A stretch of DNA of 64,000 bases from Eledone cirrhosa (taxonomy: Eukaryota), in NCBI GenBank assembly GCA_964016885.1, contig OZ024741.1:22382001-22446000 (forward strand). The letters run 5' to 3'. Below the pieces are notes generated by a model. The model made no database searches. It saw only the letters and a list, made by a program, of their open reading frames with translations, and was not told the DNA's origin. Each line of letters begins with the position of its first letter. Positions within the stretch are counted from its first letter, which is position 1. The position numbers were made by a program, and so were the translations under genes. Below are positions 27,316 through 41,511 of this stretch, one piece after another.

Positions 27316-30300
27316 ACCTATGTCATTAAGCCTTTCATTACCATTTTTATAATGAAAGAGACTGTCTATGTCATTAACCCTTTCATTAACATATGTCTAC
27401 TGAAAGACACTGTCTATGTCATTAACCCTTTCATTACCATATTTCTAATGAAAGACACTGTCTATTGCATTAACCCTTTCATTACCATATTTCTAATGAA
27501 AGACACTGTCTATATCATTAACCCTTTCATTACCATATGTCTAATGAAAGACACTGCCTATGTCATTAACCCTTTCATTACAATATTTCTAATGAAAGAG
27601 ACTGTCTATGTCATTAACCCTTTCATTACCATATGTCTACTGAAAGACACTGTCTATGTCATTAACCCTTTCATTACCATATTTCTAATGAAAGACACTG
27701 TCTATTGCATTAACCCTTTCATTACCATATTTCTAATGCAAGACACTACCTATGTCATTACCCCTTTCATTACCATATTTCTAATGAAAGACACTGTCTA
27801 TGTCATTAACCCTTTCATTACCATATTTCTAATGAAAGACATTGTCTATGTCATTAACCCTTTCATTACCATATTTCTAATGAAAGACACTACCTATGTC
27901 ATTAACCCTTTCATTACCATATTTATAATGTAAGACACTGTCTATTGCATTAACCCTTTCATTACAATATTTCTAATGAAAGAGACTGTCTATGTCATTA
28001 ACCCTTTCATTACCATATGTCTACTGAAAGACACTGTCTATGTCATTAACGCTTTCATTACCATATTTCTAATGAATGACACTAGCTATGTCATTAACCC
28101 TTTCATTACCATATTTCTAATGAAAGACACTACCTATGTCATTAACCCTTTCATTACCATATTTCTAATGAAAGACACTGTCTATATCATTAACCCTTTC
28201 ATTACCATATTTCTAATGAAAGACACTGTCTATGTCATTAACCCTTTCATTACCATATTTCTAATGAAAGACACTGTCTATGTCATTAACCCTTTCATTA
28301 CCATATTTCTAATGAAAGACACTAACTATGTCATTAACCCTTTCATTACCATATTTCTAATGAAAGACACTACCTATGTCATTAACCCTTTCATTACCAT
28401 ATTTCTAATGAAAGACACTGTCTATGTCATTAACCCTTTCATTACCATATTTCTAATAAAAGACACTACCTATGTCATTAACCCTTTCATTACCATATTT
28501 ATAATGAAAGACACTGTCTATTGCATTAACCCTTTCATTACCATATTTCTAATGAAAGACACTGCCTATGTCATTAACCCTTTCATTACCATATTTCTAA
28601 TGAAAGACACTGTCTATGTCATTAACCCTTTCATTACCATATTTATAATGAAAGACACTGCCTATGTCATTAACCCTTTCTTTACCATATGTCTAATGAA
28701 AGACACTGCCTATGTCATTAACCCTTTCATTACAATATTTCTAATGAAAGAGACTGTCTATGTCATTAACCCTTTCATTACCATATGTCTACTGAAAGAC
28801 ACTGTCTATATCATTAACCCTTTCATTACCATATTTCTATTGAAAGACACTATCTATGTCATTAACCCTTTCGTTACCATATTTCTAATGAATGACACTA
28901 GCTATGTCATTAACCCTTTCATTACCATATTTCTAATGAAAGACACTACCTATGTCATTAACCCTTTCATTACCATATTTCTAATGAAAGACACTGTCTA
29001 TGTCATTAACCCTTTCATTACCATATTTCTAATGAAAGACACTGTCTATGTCATTAACCCTTTCATTACCATATTTCTAATGAAAGACACTATCTATGTC
29101 ATTAACCCTTTCATTACCATATTTCTAATGAAAGACACTGTCTATGTCATTAACTCTTTCATTACCATATGTCTAATAACAGACACTGTCTATGTCATTA
29201 ACCCTTTCAGTACCATATTTCTAATGAAAGACACTACCTATGTCATTAACCCTTTCATTACCATATTTCTAATGAAAGACACTACCTATGTCATTAACCT
29301 TTCATTGCCATATTTCTAATGAAAGACACTACCTATGTCATTAACCCTTTCATTACCATATTTCAAATGAAAGACACTACCTATGTCATTAACCCTTTCA
29401 TTACCATATTTCTAATGAAAGACACTGTCTATTGCATTAACCCTTTCATTACCATATTTCTAATGAAAGACACTGTCTATGTCATTAACGCTTTCATTAC
29501 CATATGTCTAATGAAAGACACTACATATGTTCTTAACCCTTTCATAACCATATTTCTAATGAAAGACACTACCTATGTCATTAACCCTTTCATTACCATA
29601 TTTCTAATGAAAGACACTGTCTATGTCATTAACCCTTTCATTACCATATTTCTAATGAAAGACACTACCTATGTCATTAAGCCTTTCATTACCATATTTA
29701 TAATGAAAGAGACTGTCTATGTCATTAACCCTTTCATTAACATATGTCTACTGAAAGACACTGTCTATGTCATTAACCCTTTCATTACCATATTTCTAAT
29801 GAAAGACACTGTCTATTGCATTAACCCTTTCATTACCATATTTCTAATGAAAGACACTGTCTATATCATTAACCCTTTCATTACCATATGTCTAATGAAA
29901 GACACTGCCTATGTCATTAACCCTTTCATTACAATATTTCTAATGAAAGAGACTGTCTATGTCATTAACCCTTTCATTACCATATGTCTACTGAAAGACA
30001 CTGTCTATGTCATTAACCCTTTCATTACCATATTTCTAATGAAAGACACTGTCTATTGCATTAACCCTTTCATTACCATATTTCTAATGCAAGACACTAC
30101 CTATGTCATTACCCCTTTCATTACCATATTTCTAATGAAAGACACTGTCTATGTCATTAACCCTTTCATTACCATATTTCTAATGAAAGACATTGTCTAT
30201 GTCATTAACCCTTTCATTACCATATTTCTAATGAAAGACACTACCTATGTCATTAACCCTTTCATTACCATATTTATAATGTAAGACACTGTCTATTGCA

Positions 30301-33300
30301 TTAACCCTTTCATTACCATATTTCTAATGAAAGACACTGTTATATCATTAACCTTTTCATTACCATATGTCTAATGAAAGACACTGCCTATGTCATTAAC
30401 CCTTTCATTACAATATTTCTAATGAAAGAGACTGTCTATGTCATTAACCCTTTCATTACCATATGTCTACTGAAAGACAGTGTCTATGTCATTAACGCTT
30501 TCATTACCATATTTCTAATGAATGACACTAGCTATGTCATTAACCCTTTCATTACCATATTTCTAATGAAAGACACTACCTATGTCATTAACCCTTTCAT
30601 TACCATATTTCTAATGAAAGACACTGTCTATGTCATTAACCCTTTCATTACCATATTTCTAATGAAAGACACTGTCTATGTCATTAACCCTTTCATTACC
30701 ATATTTCTAATGAAAGACACTACCTATGTCATTAACCCTTTCATTACCATATTTCTAATGAAAGACACTACCTATGTCATTAACCCTTTCATTACCATAT
30801 TTCTAATGAAAGACACTGTCTATGTCATTAACCCTTTCATTACCATATTTCTAATAAAAGACACTACCTATGTCATTAACCCTTTCATTACCATATTTAT
30901 AATGAAAGACACTGTCTATTGCATTAACCCTTTCATTACCATATTTCTAATGAAAGACACTGCCTATGTCATTAACCCTTTCATTACCATATTTCTAATG
31001 AAAGACACTGTCTATGTCATTAACCCTTTCATTACCATATGTCTACTGAAAGACACTGCCTATGTCATTAACCCTTTCATTACAATATTTCTAATGAAAG
31101 AGACTGTCTATGTCATTAACCCTTTCATTACCATATGTCTACTGAAAGACACTGTCTATATCATTAACCCTTTCATTACCATATTTCTATTGAAAGACAC
31201 TATCTATGTCATTAACCCTTTCGTTACCATATTTCTAATGAATGACACTAGCTATGTCATTAACCCTTTCATTACCATATTTCTAATGAAAGACACTACC
31301 TATGTCATTAACCCTTTCATTACCATATTTCTAATGAAAGACACTGTCTATGTCATTAACCCTTTCATTACCATATTTCTAATGAAAGACACTGTCTATG
31401 TCATTAACCCTTTCATTACCATATTTCTAATGAAAGACACTATCTATGTCATTAACCCTTTCATTACCATATTTCTAATGAAAGACACTGTCTATGTCAT
31501 TAACTCTTTCATTACCATATGTCTAATAACAGACACTGTCTATGTCATTAACCCTTTCAGTACCATATTTCTAATGAAAGACACTACCTATGTCATTAAC
31601 CCTTTCATTACCATATTTCTAATGAAAGACACTACCTATGTCATTAACCTTTCATTGCCATATTTCTAATGAAAGACACTACCTATGTCATTAACCCTTT
31701 CATTACCATATTTCAAATGAAAGACACTACCTATGTCATTAACCCTTTCATTACCATATTTCTAATGAAAGACACTGTCTATTGCATTAACCCTTTCATT
31801 ACCATATTTCTAATGCAAGACACTACCTATGTCATTACCCCTTTGATTACCATATTTCTAATGAAAGACACTGTCTATGTCATTAACCCTTTCATTACCA
31901 TATTTCTAATGAAAGACACTGTCTATGTCATTAACGCTTTCATTACCATATGTCTAATGAAAGACACTACATATGTTCTTAACCCTTTCATAACCATATT
32001 TCTAATGAAAGACACTACCTATGTCATTAACCCTTTCATTACCATATTTCTAATGAAAGACACTGTCTATGTCATTAACCCTTTCATTACCATATTTCTA
32101 ATGAAAGACACTACCTATGTCATTAAGCCTTTCATTACCATATTTATAATGAAAGAGACTGTCTATGTCATTAACCCTTTCATTAACATATGTCTACTGA
32201 AAGACACTGTCTATGTCATTAACCCTTTCATTACCATATTTCTAATGAAAGACACTGTCTATTGCATTAACCCTTTCATTACCATATTTCTAATGAAAGA
32301 CACTGTCTATATCATTAACCCTTTCATTACCATATGTCTAATGAAAGACACTGCCTATGTCATTAACCCTTTCATTACAATATTTCTAATGAAAGAGACT
32401 GTCTATGTCATTAACCCTTTCATTACCATATGTCTACTGAAAGACACTGTCTATGTCATTAACCCTTTCATTACCATATTTCTAATGAAAGACACTGTCT
32501 ATTGCATTAACCCTTTCATTACCATATTTCTAATGCAAGACACTACCTATGTCATTACCCCTTTCATTACCATATTTCTAATGAAAGACACTGTCTATGT
32601 CATTAACCCTTTCATTACCATATTTCTAATGAAAGACATTGTCTATGTCATTAACCCTTTCATTACCATATTTCTAATGAAAGACACTACCTATGTCATT
32701 AACCCTTTCATTACCATATTTATAATGTAAGACACTGTCTATTGCATTAACCCTTTCATTACCATATTTCTAATGAAAGACACTGTTATATCATTAACCC
32801 TTTCATTACCATATGTCTAATGAAAGACACTGCCTATGTCATTAACCCTTTCATTACAATATTTCTAATGAAAGAGACTGTCTATGTCATTAACCCTTTC
32901 ATTACCATATGTCTACTGAAAGACAGTGTCTATGTCATTAACGCTTTCATTACCATATTTCTAATGAATGACACTAGCTATGTCATTAACCCTTTCATTA
33001 CCATATTTCTAATGAAAGACACTACCTATGTCATTAACCCTTTCATTACCATATTTCTAATGAAAGACACTGTCTATGTCATTAACCCTTTCATTACCAT
33101 ATTTCTAATGAAAGACACTGTCTATGTCATTAACCCTTTCATTACCATATTTCTAATGAAAGACACTACCTATGTCATTAACCCTTTCATTACCATATTT
33201 CTAATGAAAGACACTACCTATGTCATTAACCCTTTCATTACCATATTTCTAATGAAAGACACTGTCTATGTCATTAACCCTTTCATTACCATATTTCTAA

Positions 33301-36300
33301 TAAAAGACACTACCTATGTCATTAACCCTTTCATTACCATATTTATAATGAAAGACACTGTCTATTGCATTAACCCTTTCATTACCATATTTCTAATGAA
33401 AGACACTGCCTATGTCATTAACCCTTTCATTACCATATTTCTAATGAAAGACACTGTCTATGTCATTAACCCTTTCATTACCATATGTCTACTGAAAGAC
33501 ACTGTCTATGTCATTAACGCTTTCATTACCATATTTCTAATGAATGACACTAGCTATGTCATTAACCCTTTCATTACCATATTTCTAATGAAAGACACTA
33601 CCTATGTCATTAACCCTTTCATTACCATATTTCTAATGAAAGACACTGTCTATGTCATTAACCCTTTCATTACCATATTTCTAATGAAAGACACTGTCTA
33701 TGTCATTAACCCTTTCATTACCATATTTCTAATGAAAGACACTGTCTATGTCATTAACCCTTTCATTACCATATTTCTAATGAAAGACACTAACTATGTC
33801 ATTAACCCTTTCATTACCATATTTCTAATGAAAGACACTACCTATGTCATTAACCCTTTCATTACCATATTTCTAATGAAAGACACTGTCTATGTCATTA
33901 ACCCTTTCATTACCATATTTCTAATAAAAGACACTACCTATGTCATTAACCCTTTCATTACCATATTTATAATGAAAGACACTGTCTATTGCATTAACGC
34001 TTTCATTACCATATTTCTAATGAAAGACACTGCCTATGTCATTAACCCTTTCATTACCATATTTCTAATGAAAGACACTGTCTATGTCATTAACCCTTTC
34101 ATTACCATATTTATAATGAAAGACACTGCCTATGTCATTAACCCTTTGTTTACCATATGTCTAATGAAAGACACTGCCTATGTCATTAACCCTTTCATTA
34201 CAATATTTCTAATAAAAGACACTATCTATGCCATTAACCCTTTCATTACAATATTTCTAATGAAAGACACTACCTATGTCATTAACCCTTTCATTACCAT
34301 ATTTCTAATGAAAGACACTACCTATGTCATTAACCCTTTCATTACCATATTTCAAATGAAAGACACTACCTATGTCATTAACCCTTTCATTACCATATTT
34401 CTAATGAAAGACACTGTCTATGTCATTAACCCTTTCATTACCATATTTCTAATGAAAGACACTACCTATGTCATTAACCCTTTCATTTCCATATTTCTAA
34501 TGAAAGACACTGTCTATATCATTAACCCTTTCATTACCATATGTCTAATGAAAGACACTGCCTATGTCATTAACCCTTTCATTACAATATTTCTAATGAA
34601 AGAGACTGTCTATGTCATTAACCCTTTCATTACCATATGTCTACTGAAAGACACTGTCTATGTCATTAACCCTTTCATTACCATATTTCTAATGAAAGAC
34701 ACTGTCTATTGCATTAACCCTTTCATTACCATATTTCTAATGCAAGACACTACCTATGTCATTACCCCTTTCATTACCATATGTCTACTGAAAGACACTG
34801 TCTATGTCATTAACCCTTTCATTACCATATTTCTAATGAAAGACACTGTCTATGTCATTAACCCTTTCATTACCATATGTCTAATGAAAGACACTACATA
34901 TGTTCTTAACCCTTTCATTACCATATTTCTAATGAAAGACACTACCTATGTCATTAACCCTTTCATTATCATATTTCTAATGAAAGACACTACCTATGTC
35001 ATTAACCTTTCATTACCATATTTCGAATGAAAGACACTACCTATGTCATTAACCCTTTCATTACCATATATCTAATGAAAGACACTGTCTATGTCATTAA
35101 CCCTTTCATTACCATATGACTACTGAAAGACACTGTCTATGTCATTAACCCTTTCATTACCAGATGTCTCATGAAAGACACTGTGTATGTCATTAACCCT
35201 TTCATTACCATATTTCTAATGAAAGACTGTCTATGTCATTAACCCTTTCATTACCATATTTCTAATGAAAGACACTACCTATGTCATTAACCCTTTCATT
35301 ACCATATTTCTAATGAAAGACACTGCCTATGTCATTAACCCTTTCATTACCATATTTCTAATGAAAGACACTGTCTATGTCATTAACCCTTTCATTACCA
35401 TATGTCTAATAAAAGACACTGTCTATGTCATTAACCCTTTCATTACCATATTTCTAATGAAAGACACTACCTATGTCATTAACCCTTTCATTACCATATT
35501 TCTAATGAAAGACACTGCCTATGTCATTAACCCTTTCATTACCATATTTCTAATGAAAGACACTGTCTATGTCATTAACCCTTTCATTACCATATTTCTA
35601 ATGAAAGACACTGTCTATGTCATTAACCCTTTCATTACCATATTTCTAATGAAAGACAATGTCTATGTCATTAACCCTTTCATTACCATATTTCTAATGA
35701 AAGACACTGTCTATGTCATTAACCCTTTCATTACCATATTTCTAATGAAAGACACTACCTATGCCATTAACCCTTTCATTACCATATTTCTAATGAAAGA
35801 CACTACCTATGTCATTAACCCTTTCATTACCATATTTCTAATGAAAGACACTACCTATGTCATTAACCCTTTCATTACCATATTTCAAATGAAAGACACT
35901 ACCTATGTCATTAACCCTTTCATTACCATATTTCTAATGAAAGACACTGTCTATTGCATTAACCCTTTCATTACCATATTTCTAATGCAAGACACTACCT
36001 ATGTCATTAACCCTTTCATTACCATATTTATAATGAAAGACACTGTCTATTGCATTAACCCTTTCATTACCATATTTCTAATGAAAGACACTGCCTATGT
36101 CATTAACCCTTTCATTACCATATTTCTAATGAAAGACACTGTCTATGTCATTAACCCTTTCATTACCATATTTATAATGAAAGACACTGCCTATGTCATT
36201 AACCCTTTCTTTACCATATGTCTAATGAAAGACACTGCCTATGTCATTAACCCTTTCATTACAATATTTCTAATGAAAGAGACTGTCTATGTCATTAACC

Positions 36301-39300
36301 CTTTCATTACCATATGTCTACTGAAAGACACTGTCTATATCATTAACCCTTTCATTACCATATTTCTAATGAAAGACACTATCTATGTCATTAACCCTTT
36401 CGTTACCATATTTCTAATGAATGACACTAGCTATGTCATTAACCCTTTCATTACCATATTTCTAATGAAAGACACTACCTATGTCATTAACCCTTTCATT
36501 ACCATATTTCTAATGAAAGACACTGTCTATGTCATTAACCCTTTCATTACCATATTTCTAATGAAAGACACTGTCTATGTCATTAACCCTTTCATTACCA
36601 TATTTCTAATGAAAGACACTGTCTATGTCATTAACCCTTTCATTACCATATTCCTAATAAAAGACACAAACTATGCCATTAACCCTTTCATTACCATATT
36701 TCTAATGAAAGACACTACCTATGTCATTAACCCTTTCATTACCATATTTCTAATGAAAGACACTACCTATGTCATTAACCCTTTCATTACCATATTTCAA
36801 ATGAAAGACACTACCTATGTCATTAACCCTTTCATTACCATATTTCTAATGAAAGACACTGTCTATGTCATTAACCCTTTCATTACCATATTTCTAATGA
36901 AAGACACTACCTATGTCATTAACCCTTTCATTTCCATATTTCTAATGAAAGACACTATCTATGTCATTAACCCTTTCATTACCATATTTATAATGAAAGA
37001 CACTGTCTATTGCATTAACCCTTTCATTACCATATTTCTAATGAAAGACACTGTCTATATCATTAACCCTTTCATTACCATATGTCTAATGAAAGACACT
37101 GCCTATGTCATTAACCCTTTCATTACAATATTTCTAATGAAAGAGACTGTCTATGTCATTAACCCTTTCATTACCATATGTCTACTGAAAGACACTGTCT
37201 ATGTCATTAACCCTTTCATTACCATATTTCTAATGAACGACACTGTCTATTGCATTATCCCTTTCATTACCATATTTCTAATGCAAGACACTACCTATGT
37301 CATTACCCCTTTCATTACCATATGTCTACTGAAAGACACTGTCTATGTCATTAACCCTTTCATTACCATATTCCTAATGAAAGACACTGTCTATGTCATT
37401 AACCCTTTCATTACCATATGTCTAATGAAAGACACCACATATGTTCTTAACCCTTTCATTACCATATTTCTAATGAAAGACACTACCTATGTCATTAACC
37501 CTTTCATTATCATATTTCTAATGAAAGACACTACCTATGTCATTAACCTTTCATTACCATATTTCGAATGAAAGACACTACCTATGTCATTAACCCTTTC
37601 ATTACCATATATCTAATGAAAGACACTGTCTATGTCATTAACCCTTTCATTACCATATGTCTACTGAAAGACACTGTCTATGTCATTAACCCTTTCATTA
37701 CCAGATGTCTCATGAAAGACACTGTGTATGTCATTAACCCTTTCATTACCATATTTCTAATGAAAGACACTGTCTATGTCATTAACCCTTTCATTACCAT
37801 ATTTCTAATGAAAGACACTACCTATGTCATTAACCCTTTCATTACCATATTTCTAATGAAAGACACTGCCTATGTCATTAACCCTTTCATTACCATATTT
37901 CTAATGAAAGACACTGTCTATGTCATTAACCCTTTCATTACCATATGTCTAATAAAAGACACTATCTATGTCATTAACCCTTTCATTACCATATTTCTAA
38001 TGAAAGACACTACCTATGTCATTAACCCTTTCATTACCATATTTCTAATGAAAGACACTGCCTATGTCATTAACCCTTTCATTACCATATTTCTAATGAA
38101 AGACACTGTCTATGTCATTAACCCTTTCATTACCATATTTCTAATGAAAGACACTGTCTATGTCATTAACCCTTTCATTACCATATTTCTAATGAAAGAC
38201 ACTGTCTATGTCATTAACCCTTTCATTACCATATTTCTAATGAAAGATACTGTCTATGTCATTAACCCTTTCATTACCATATTTCTAATGAAAGACACTA
38301 CCTATGCCATTAACCCTTTCATTACCATATTTCTAATGAAAGACACTACCTATGTCATTAACCCTTTCATTACCATATTTCAAATGAAAGACACTACCTA
38401 TGTCATTAACCCTTTCATTACCATATTTCTAATGAAAGACACTGTCTATTGCATTAACCCTTTCATTACCATATTTCTAATGCAAGACACTACCTATGTC
38501 ATTACCCCTTTCATTACCATATTTCTAATGAAAGACACTGTCTATGTCATTAACCCTTTCATTACCATATTTCTAATGAAAGACACTGTCTATGTCATTA
38601 ACGCTTTCATTACCATATGTCTAATGAAAGACACTACATATGTTCTTAACCCTTTCATTACCATATTTCTAATGAAAGACACTACCTATGTCATTAACCC
38701 TTTCATTACCATATTTCTAATGAAAGACACTGTCTATGTCATTAACCCTTTCATTACCATATTTCTAATGAAAGACACTACCTATGTCATTAACCCTTTC
38801 ATTACCATATTTATAATGAAAGAGACTGTCTATGTCATTAACATTTTCAATAACATATGTCTACTGAAAGACACTGTCTATGTCATTAACCCTTTCATTA
38901 CCATATTTCTAATGAAAGACACTGTCTATATCATTAACCCTTTCATTACCATATGTCTAATGAAAGACACTGCCTATGTCATTAACCCTTTCATTACAAT
39001 ATTTCTAATGAAAGAGACTGTCTATGTCATTAACCCTTTCATTACCATATGTCTACTGAAAGACACTGTCTATGTCATTAACCCTTTCATTACCATATTT
39101 CTAATGAAAGACACTGTCTATGTCATTAACCCTTTCATTACCATATTTCTAATGAAAGACACTACCTATGTCATTAACCCTTTCATTACCATATTTATAA
39201 TGAAAGACACTGTCTATTGCATTAACCCTTTCATTACCATATTTCTAATGAAAGACACTGTTATATCATTAACCCTTTCATTACCATATGTCTAATGAAA

Positions 39301-41511
39301 GACACTGCCTATGTCATTAACCCTTTCATTACAATATTTCTAATGAAAGAGACTGTCTATGTCATTAACCCTTTCATTACCATATGTCTACTGAAAGACA
39401 CTGTCTATGTCATTAACCCTTTCATTACCATATTTCTAATGAATGACACTAGCTATGTCATTAACCCTTTCATTACCATATTTCTAATGAAAGACACTAC
39501 CTATGTCATTAACCCTTTCATTACCATATTTCTAATGAAAGACACTGTCTATGTCATTAACCCTTTCATTACCATATTTCTAATGAAAGACACTACCTAT
39601 GTCATTAACCCTTTCATTACCATATTTCTAATGAAAGACACTACCTATGTCATTAACCCTTTCATTACCATATTTCTAATGAAAGACACTGTCTATGTCA
39701 TTAACCCTTTCATTACCATATTTCTAATAAAAGACACTACCTATGTCATTAACCCTTTCATTACCATATTTATAATGAAAGACACTGTCTATTGCATTAA
39801 CCCTTTCATTACCATATTTCTAATGAAAGACACTGCCTATGTCATTAACCCTTTCATTACCATATTTCTAATGAAAGACACTGTCTATGTCATTAACCCT
39901 TTCATTACCATATGTCTACTGAAAGACACTGTCTATGTCATTAACGCTTTCATTACCATATTTCTAATGAATGACACTAGCTATGTCATTAACCCTTTCA
40001 TTACCATATTTCTAATGAAAGACACTGTCTATGTCATTAACCCTTTCATTACCATATTTCTAATGAAAGACACTGTCTATGTCATTAACCCTTTCATTAC
40101 CATATTTCTAATGAAAGACACTGTCTATGTCATTAACCCTTTCATTACCATATTTCTAATGAAAGACACTGTCTATGTCATTAACCCTTTCATTACCATA
40201 TTTCTAATGAAAGACACTAACTATGTCATTAACCCTTTCATTACCATATTTCTAATGAAAGACACTACCTATGTCATTAACCCTTTCATTACCATATTTC
40301 TAATGAAAGACACTGTCTATGTCATTAACCCTTTCATTACCATATTTCTAATAAAAGACACTACCTATGTCATTAACCCTTTCATTACCATATTTATAAT
40401 GAAAGACACTGTCTATTGCATTAACCCTTTCATTACCATATTTCTAATGAAAGACACTGCCTATGTCATTAACCCTTTCATTACCATATTTCTAATGAAA
40501 GACACTGTCTATGTCATTAACCCTTTCATTACCATATTTATAATGAAAGACACTGCCTATGTCATTAACCCTTTCTTTACCATATGTCTAATGAAAGACA
40601 CTGCCTATGTCATTAACCCTTTCATTACAATATTTCTAATGAAAGAGACTGTCTATGTCATTAACCCTTTCATTACCATATGTCTACTGAAAGACACTGT
40701 CTATATCATTAACCCTTTCATTACCATATTTCTAATGAAAGACACTATCTATGTCATTAACCCTTTCGTTACCATATTTCTAATGAATGACACTAGCTAT
40801 GTCATTAACCCTTTCATTACCATATTTCTAATGAAAGACACTACCTATGTCATTAACCCTTTCATTACCATATTTCTAATGAAAGACACTGTCTATGTCA
40901 TTAAACCTTTCATTACCATATTTCTAATGAAAGACACTGTCTATGTCATTAACCCTTTCATTACCATATTTCTAATGAAAGACACTGTCTATGTCATTAA
41001 CCCTTTCATTACAATATTCCTAATAAAAGACACTAACTATGCCATTAACCCTTTCATTACCATATTTCTAATGAAAGACACTACCTATGTCATTAACCCT
41101 TTCATTACCATATTTCTAATGAAAGACACTACCTATGTCATTAACCCTTTCATTACCATATTTCAAATGAAAGACACTACCTATGTCATTAACCCTTTCA
41201 TTACCATATTTCTAATGAAAGACACTGTCTATGTCATTAACCCTTTCATTACCATATTTCTAATGAAAGACACTACCTATGTCATTAACCCTTTCATTTC
41301 CATATTTCTAATGAAAGACACTATCTATGTCATTAACCCTTTCATTACCATATTTATAATGAAAGACACTGTCTATTGCATTAACCCTTTCATTACCATA
41401 TTTCTAATGAAAGACACTGTCTATATCATTAACCCTTTCATTACCATATGTCTAATGAAAGACACTGCCTATGTCATTAACCCTTTCATTACAATATTTC
41501 TAATGAAAGAG

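Larger units (their letters stand above)
1..33000. repeat. Left sub-array (variant domain A)
   Basis: Markers confined or nearly confined here: the 47-bp AACCTTTCATTGCC monomer (11 copies, ~1010 to ~31656), the ATGTAA monomer (last at 32730), ATAACA, GACATTGTC, GACAGT, TTCAGTACC and TTCATAACC. The boundary is approximate. Confidence 0.85.
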
